From: an uncultured Candidatus Rokubacteria bacterium
Lineage (GTDB): Bacteria > Methylomirabilota > Methylomirabilia > Rokubacteriales > DASRDR01
Reading direction: 5' to 3'
Assembly: GCA_963708025.1 (NCBI GenBank)
Contig: CAVPSB010000032.1
Span: 32,001 to 96,000, forward strand
Length of the DNA stretch: 64,000 nt
Each line of letters opens with the position of its first letter. Positions within the stretch are counted from its first letter, which is position 1. Position numbers and translations under genes: made by a program. The notes beneath the pieces are model-generated. The model did not search any database and was not told the origin of the DNA. It worked only from the letters and a program-made list of their open reading frames with translations. Shown here one piece after another: positions 59,130-64,000 of the stretch.

Positions 59130-59468
59130 CTACGACTTGTCGACGATCTCGTTGCACTTCTTGCACGCCCGCACCCGGCGGCCGTCGGCCAGGGTCTGGG
59201 TCCCCGTTCGGGTCGGCTTGCCGCACTTGCCGCAGACCAGCATCACGTTCGAGATGTGCAGCGAGCCTTCGCGCTCGATGATGCCGCCCTGGCGGATCTT
59301 CTGCGTCGGCCGCTGATGCCGCTTGATGAAGTTCACCCGCTCGACGATGACCCGCTGCTTCTCCGCCAGCACGATGAGCACCTTGCCCCGCTTGCCCTTC
59401 TCCTTGCCGGCGATCACCTCGACCGTGTCGTTTCGCTTGATCGAGCGCCTCGTGGGAGCGTCAGCCAT
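59130..59468 (-). CDS. rplX: 50S ribosomal protein L24
   Basis: D.V.VIAGKEKGK.G, HISNV. Confidence 0.97.
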   Translation of the reverse strand: MADAPTRRSIKRNDTVEVIAGKEKGKRGKVLIVLAEKQRVIVERVNFIKRHQRPTQKIRQGGIIEREGSLHISNVMLVCGKCGKPTRTGTQTLADGRRVRACKKCNEIVDKS

Positions 59469-59476
59469 GGTCGTCC

Positions 59477-59845
59477 TCAGATCACTTCCGGAGCCAGCGA
59501 GATGATCTTCATGAACTGCCGATCCCGCAGCTCCCGCGCGATCGGGCCGAAGATCCGGGTCCCGATCGGGTTGTTCTGGGGATTCAACAGCACCGCCGCA
59601 TTCCGATCGAACTTGATGTGCGATCCGTCCGGCCGCCGGATCTCCTTGGCCGTCCGGACGACCACCGCCCGGGCCACCTCACCCTTTTTCACCGAGCCTT
59701 CCGGGGTGGCCTCCTTGATCGCCACGATGATCGTGTCGCCGATCGTCGCGTACTTCTTGTTCGAGCCCCCCATGACCCGGATACACTGCACCTTCTTGGC
59801 GCCGGAGTTGTCCGCGACCTCGAGCATCGTCCGTGGCTGAATCAT
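59477..59845 (-). CDS. rplN: 50S ribosomal protein L14
   Basis: [21 protein letters not shown]. Confidence 0.98.
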   Translation of the reverse strand: MIQPRTMLEVADNSGAKKVQCIRVMGGSNKKYATIGDTIIVAIKEATPEGSVKKGEVARAVVVRTAKEIRRPDGSHIKFDRNAAVLLNPQNNPIGTRIFGPIARELRDRQFMKIISLAPEVI

Positions 59846-59867
59846 CGCCCATGCATCCCCTCGCGGG

Positions 59868-60110
59868 CTACGAGGCCCGCTGGAGGATCTCCTTGATGCG
59901 CCACCGCTTGTCCTTCGACAGGGGGCGGGTTTCGATGATGAGCACCCGGTCCCCGACGTGCGCCTCGTTCCGCTCGTCGTGCGCCTTGAAGCGGCTCGTC
60001 CGCTTGATGACCCGCTCGTAGCGGGCGTGCCGGAACGTCCGCTCCACGGCCACCACGCGTGTCTTGTTCATCTTGTCGCTGACCACCAACCCGATCCGGG
60101 TCTTCTGCAC
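59868..60110 (-). CDS. rpsQ: 30S ribosomal protein S17
   Basis: G.VVSDKM.KT, ETRPLSK.K.W. Confidence 0.97.
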   Translation of the reverse strand: MQKTRIGLVVSDKMNKTRVVAVERTFRHARYERVIKRTSRFKAHDERNEAHVGDRVLIIETRPLSKDKRWRIKEILQRAS

Positions 60111-60126
60111 GCCGTGCCTCCCGATC

Positions 60127-60336
60127 TCACCCGCGCTGGAGCCCGAGAACGCGCTCCCGCAAGATCGTCTTGATCCGGGCGATGTCCCGCCGCACCTGGC
60201 CGATCCGGGCCGGGTTCTTCGCCATCGACATCGACACCTGGAACCGCAGATTGAACAGCTCTTCCGTCAGCTCCCGGGAGCGCTGCTCGAGCTCGCCCTC
60301 GCTCAGGTCGCGGAAGTTGACCTTGTTCTTCGCCAT
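60127..60336 (-). CDS. rpmC: 50S ribosomal protein L29
   Basis: [17 protein letters not shown]. Confidence 0.96.
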   Translation of the reverse strand: MAKNKVNFRDLSEGELEQRSRELTEELFNLRFQVSMSMAKNPARIGQVRRDIARIKTILRERVLGLQRG

Positions 60337-60340
60337 TTCC

Positions 60341-60754
60341 TCATTCCTTGGAGCGCATGACGAACTTCGTCTTGATCGGCAGCTTGGCACTCGCCAGCGT
60401 GAACGCCTCGCGGGCGACGGCCTCCGCCATCCCCTCCATCTCGTAGAGGATGCGCCCCGGCTTCACGACCGCCACCCAGTACTCCGGGTTCCCCTTGCCC
60501 TTCCCCATCCGCGTCTCGGCGGGCTTCTTGGTGAAGGGCTTGTCCGGGAAGACGCGGATCCAGATCTTGCCGCCCCGCTTGACGGCCCGGGTCAGCGCCA
60601 CCCGGCCCGCCTCCAACTGGCGATTGGTGATCCACGCCGGCTCCATCGCCTTCAGGCCGAAGTCCCCAAAGGCGAGGCTCGATCCCCGGAGGGCGATTCC
60701 CTTCATGCGCCCCCGCTGCTGCTTGCGGTACTTGACGCGCTTGGGCTGCAACAT
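60341..60754 (-). CDS. rplP: 50S ribosomal protein L16
   Basis: [19 protein letters not shown]. Confidence 0.98.
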   Translation of the reverse strand: MLQPKRVKYRKQQRGRMKGIALRGSSLAFGDFGLKAMEPAWITNRQLEAGRVALTRAVKRGGKIWIRVFPDKPFTKKPAETRMGKGKGNPEYWVAVVKPGRILYEMEGMAEAVAREAFTLASAKLPIKTKFVMRSKE

Positions 60755-60763
60755 GACGCGGGA

Positions 60764-61414
60764 CTAGCCGAGCTCGGCGGCGCGGGCGCTGGGGAGCACC
60801 TCGCCCTTGAAGATCCAGACCTTTACGCCGATCGTCCCGTAAGTGGTATGGGCGGTGGCGACCCCGAACTCGATGTCGGCCCGCAGCGTCTGGAGCGGCA
60901 CCCGTCCGTCGCGGTACCACTCCCGCCGCGCGATCTCGGCGCCGCCCAGCCGCCCGGCACAGGCGATCCGGATGCCGTCGGCCCCGAGCCGGAGCGCGCT
61001 CTGCACGGCCTTCTTCATCGCCCGCCGGAACGCCACCCGCTTCTGGAGCTGGAGGGCGACGTTCTCGGCGACGAGCTGAGCGTCCAGCTCCGGGTGGACC
61101 ACCTCCTCGATGTTCAGGTGGACCTCCTTGCCCGTGCGCGCCTGCAGCTCGTTCTTGAGCTTCTCGACCTCCGACCCCTTGCGTCCGATGATGATGCCCG
61201 GCCGGGCGGTGTTGATCGTGATCTTGACCCGGTTGGCCGACCGCTCGATGTCGATCCGCGAGATCCCGGCGTGGTAGAGGGCTTCCTTGATGTAGCGCCG
61301 GATCTTCGTGTCCTCGTGGAGGAGGTTCGCGTAGTCCTTCTTCGCGAACCACCGCGAGCTCCATGTCCGGGTCGTGCCCAGCCGGAACCCGATCGGGTGG
61401 ACCTTCTGTCCCAT
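60764..61414 (-). CDS. rpsC: 30S ribosomal protein S3
   Basis: [23 protein letters not shown]. Confidence 0.98.
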   Translation of the reverse strand: MGQKVHPIGFRLGTTRTWSSRWFAKKDYANLLHEDTKIRRYIKEALYHAGISRIDIERSANRVKITINTARPGIIIGRKGSEVEKLKNELQARTGKEVHLNIEEVVHPELDAQLVAENVALQLQKRVAFRRAMKKAVQSALRLGADGIRIACAGRLGGAEIARREWYRDGRVPLQTLRADIEFGVATAHTTYGTIGVKVWIFKGEVLPSARAAELG

Positions 61415-61887
61415 TAGGCGCTCCTCGTCGAGCCGGTTTTCGTTCCGGCTCCCTTGCCCGGCTGTCCCGACCCGGTGCCCCGGCCCCTCTCGGGAGCCCG
61501 GCCGCCGCTCCGCCGCCCGGCGGCGGAGGCAGCGTGGGCTCGGGACCGGCCCTCGGGCGGCGGGGTCAGCGTGACCGTGATGTGGCTCGTCCGGTGCTTG
61601 ATGTGGAAGGCCCGCCCCATGGCCCGGGGCTGGATCCGCTTGAGCGACGGACCGCCGTCGATGAACGCCCCCACCCGAAGGTCCTCGGGGCTCCGCACCT
61701 GGTGGTTGTGCTCGGCGTTGGCGATCGCCGAGCGCAGCACCTTCTCGATGAGCCGGGCGGCGGCCTGCGGCGAGAATTGTAAAATGGACAGCGCTTCCGC
61801 GACCGACTTGCCCCGGATCAGGTCCGCGATCAGGCGGGCCTTGGTCGGCGACACCCGGATGTAGTAGGCGACGGCCTTGGTCAGCAT
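61414..61887 (-). CDS. rplV: 50S ribosomal protein L22 with C-terminal extension
   Basis: SP.KARL..DLIRG, SAIANA, PRAMGRA, TSHITV. Confidence 0.97.
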   Translation of the reverse strand: MLTKAVAYYIRVSPTKARLIADLIRGKSVAEALSILQFSPQAAARLIEKVLRSAIANAEHNHQVRSPEDLRVGAFIDGGPSLKRIQPRAMGRAFHIKHRTSHITVTLTPPPEGRSRAHAASAAGRRSGGRAPERGRGTGSGQPGKGAGTKTGSTRSA

Positions 61888-61890
61888 GGG

Positions 61891-62175
61891 CTATTTCAGC
61901 GCGGTGGACCGCTCGGTGTGCGAGCCGTGAGCCCGGAAGGTCCGGGTCGGCGCGAACTCGCCGAGCTTGTGTCCGACCATGCTCTCGGTGATGTAGACGG
62001 GAATGAATTTCCGGCCGTTGTGCACGGCCAGGGTGTGGCCGACGAACTCCGGCGAGATGGTGGAGCGCCGGGACCAGGTCTTGACCACCTTCTTCTGCCG
62101 CGAGTTGTTCAGCTCCTCCACCTTGTCCAGGAGGTGCTGGTCGATGAACGGCCCCTTCTTCAGCGAGCGCCCCAT
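61891..62175 (-). CDS. rpsS: 30S ribosomal protein S19
   Basis: [21 protein letters not shown]. Confidence 0.98.
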   Translation of the reverse strand: MGRSLKKGPFIDQHLLDKVEELNNSRQKKVVKTWSRRSTISPEFVGHTLAVHNGRKFIPVYITESMVGHKLGEFAPTRTFRAHGSHTERSTALK

Positions 62176-62177
62176 GC

Positions 62178-62999
62178 CTACTTCCTCCGCCGCGAGACGA
62201 TGTAGCGATCGGATGGCTTGCGCCGTCGCGTCTTGGCGCCCTTGGTCGGCTTCCCCCACGGTGTCATCGGGTGGTTGCCCTTGCCCCGGCCCTCGCCGCC
62301 GCCCATCGGGTGGTCGACCGGGTTCATCGCCACACCGCGAACGGTCGGCCGGATCCCGAGCCAGCGCGAGCGGCCGGCCTTGCCGATGGTGACGTTTTCG
62401 TGATCGAGGTTCCCGACCTGGCCGATCGTCGCCATGCACCTCATGTGGATGAGCCGGATCTCGCTGGAGGGGAGCTTGATGTGGGCCATCTCCCCTTCCT
62501 TCGCGACGAGCTGGGCGCCGGTCCCGGCGCTCCGGCAGAGCTGCGCGCCCTTGCCCGGTTGAAGCTCGATGTTGTGGATGGTGGTGCCGGCCGGAATGTT
62601 TCGGAGCGGCAGCGCGTTGCCGGGCAGGATGTCCGCGCTCGGGCCCGACACCACGGTGTCGCCCACCTTCAGGCCCACCGGGTGGATGATGTACCGCTTC
62701 TCCCCGTCGCGATAGTAGAGCAACGCGAGCCGGGCCGATCGGTTGGGGTCGTACTCGATCGCCGCCACCTTGGCCGGGATCCCCGCCTTGTCCCGCCGGA
62801 AATCGACGAGGCGGATCTTCCGTTTGTGGCCGCCCCCGATGTGCCGGGTCGTGATGCGGCCGTACGAGTTCCGGCCGCCGCTCCGCTTCTTCGTCACGGT
62901 GAGCCGCTTCTCGGGCTCGGTCTTCGTGATCTCGTCGAAGCTGAGAATGGTCATGAACCGCCGGCCGGGCGACGTTGGCCTCAGACTCTTCACTGCCAT
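62178..62999 (-). CDS. rplB: 50S ribosomal protein L2
   Basis: [24 protein letters not shown]. Confidence 0.98.
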   Translation of the reverse strand: MAVKSLRPTSPGRRFMTILSFDEITKTEPEKRLTVTKKRSGGRNSYGRITTRHIGGGHKRKIRLVDFRRDKAGIPAKVAAIEYDPNRSARLALLYYRDGEKRYIIHPVGLKVGDTVVSGPSADILPGNALPLRNIPAGTTIHNIELQPGKGAQLCRSAGTGAQLVAKEGEMAHIKLPSSEIRLIHMRCMATIGQVGNLDHENVTIGKAGRSRWLGIRPTVRGVAMNPVDHPMGGGEGRGKGNHPMTPWGKPTKGAKTRRRKPSDRYIVSRRRK

Positions 63000-63017
63000 G
63001 GCGTTATGCTTTCTCTC

Positions 63018-63201
63018 GGCGGGGCCGAGGAGCGAGCAGCGCCCCCAGGCCGAAGGCCGTCCGCCACAGGCCGGAGGCCGTCCGATGGACGCAGGGAGTC
63101 GCCGACCGCAGGCGTACTCCCAGTACGCCGAGGATCGGCGACGACCCCGAAGGCCGAAGGCCGTCCGAACGACGATGGGATGCGACGGGTATCGGCACGG
63201 C
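63018..63201 (+). repeat. Family 1 repeat, copy E
   Basis: GGACGCAGGGAGTCGCCGACCGCAGGCGTAC-TCCCA-GTACGCCGAGGATCGGC. Confidence 0.9.
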
Positions 63202-63488
63202 TAGCTCTCGAACAGCTCGATCTTGCTGCCTTGACCCAGCGTCACGATCGCCTTCTTCCACGATGGCCGGCGCCCGACGTATCGGCCCATCCGCTTCTCC
63301 TTGCCGAAGACGACCTGGGTCCGGACGCCGGTCACCTTGACCTTGAAGATCGCCTCCACCGCGTGGCGGATCTCGATCTTGTTCGCGTCCGTGGCGACCT
63401 GGAAGCTGATCTGGTTGTGCTCGTCCTTGAGCGTCGTCGCCTTCTCGGTCACCAGCGGGCGCAGGACGATCTGTCGGGGGTCTCTCAT
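63201..63488 (-). CDS. rplW: 50S ribosomal protein L23
   Basis: [20 protein letters not shown]. Confidence 0.97.
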   Translation of the reverse strand: MRDPRQIVLRPLVTEKATTLKDEHNQISFQVATDANKIEIRHAVEAIFKVKVTGVRTQVVFGKEKRMGRYVGRRPSWKKAIVTLGQGSKIELFES

Positions 63489-64000
63489 GACTGCAGCCAC
63501 TCCTGGACCCGCAGCAGCGCCTGGCGCTCGAATACGACCCGCGGGTGTCGGAGCACCCCGGCCACCGCGACCTGGTTCGGCCGCGCCACCGACAGCCACG
63601 GGATGTTCCGGCTCCCGCGGTCCAGGGTCTCGTTCAGCTCCGCGACCACCAGGAGCGTCGGCTCCCCGCCGGTCAACCCCAGTCCCCGCAGCAGGCCGAT
63701 CATCGCCTTGGTCTTCGGCTCGGCCAGCGAGAGCCCGTCGATGACGGTGAGCTGGCCAGCGGCCAGCTTGTCCGTCAGCGCCGCCCGCAGCGCCGCCCGC
63801 CGCGCCTGCCGCGGCATGTCCTGGACGTAGCTCCGGGGAGTCGGACCGAAGGGCTTGCCGCCGCCCTTCCACTGCGTGGCCCGGATCGACCCCTGGCGGG
63901 CCCGCCCCGTCCCCTTCTGGCGCCACGGCTTCTTGCCGCCGCCCGACACCTCGCTCCGTCCCTTCGTGTCGTGCGTCCCGGCCCGAGCGCCCGCCCGCTC
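63485..64000 (-). CDS. rplD: 50S ribosomal protein L4 (5' end outside window)
   Basis: [23 protein letters not shown]. Confidence 0.97.
   Translation of the reverse strand, partial: ERAGARAGTHDTKGRSEVSGGGKKPWRQKGTGRARQGSIRATQWKGGGKPFGPTPRSYVQDMPRQARRAALRAALTDKLAAGQLTVIDGLSLAEPKTKAMIGLLRGLGLTGGEPTLLVVAELNETLDRGSRNIPWLSVARPNQVAVAGVLRHPRVVFERQALLRVQEWLQS

Overview
Very GC-rich bacterial chromosomal window. Gene content and style suggest an uncultured Methylomirabilota/Rokubacteria-like organism (inference only). 1-23 kb holds mixed metabolic and regulatory genes: M23 peptidase, PAC2, rhodanese, Tpx, a sugar ABC unit, a two-component pair, a UGA-interrupted UxxC redoxin with a SECIS-like hairpin (probable selenoprotein), transketolase, glycogen debranching enzyme, MFS, Mo-oxidoreductase, NDH-2 fused to a cNMP domain, and a TPP enzyme. 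Many frameshifts at 4.9-11.4 kb look like sequencing indels. 22.9-43.2 kb is a ~20 kb co-oriented minus-strand respiratory supercluster: a CydA-like protein lacking CydB and the usual catalytic Glu residues, di- and tri-heme cytochromes c, two amicyanin-motif proteins, a complete A1-type aa3 oxidase with heme o/a synthases, and a module of USP-rubredoxin, AhbD-like radical SAM and Mrp ATPase genes sharing eight PCP_red-like repeats. This is the best candidate for an undescribed system. 44-49 kb: trxA, thiL, two CNNM genes, dienelactone hydrolase. 49-64 kb: S10-spc-alpha ribosomal operon, with an RpoA lacking the alpha-CTD. Several families of structured intergenic repeats occur throughout.
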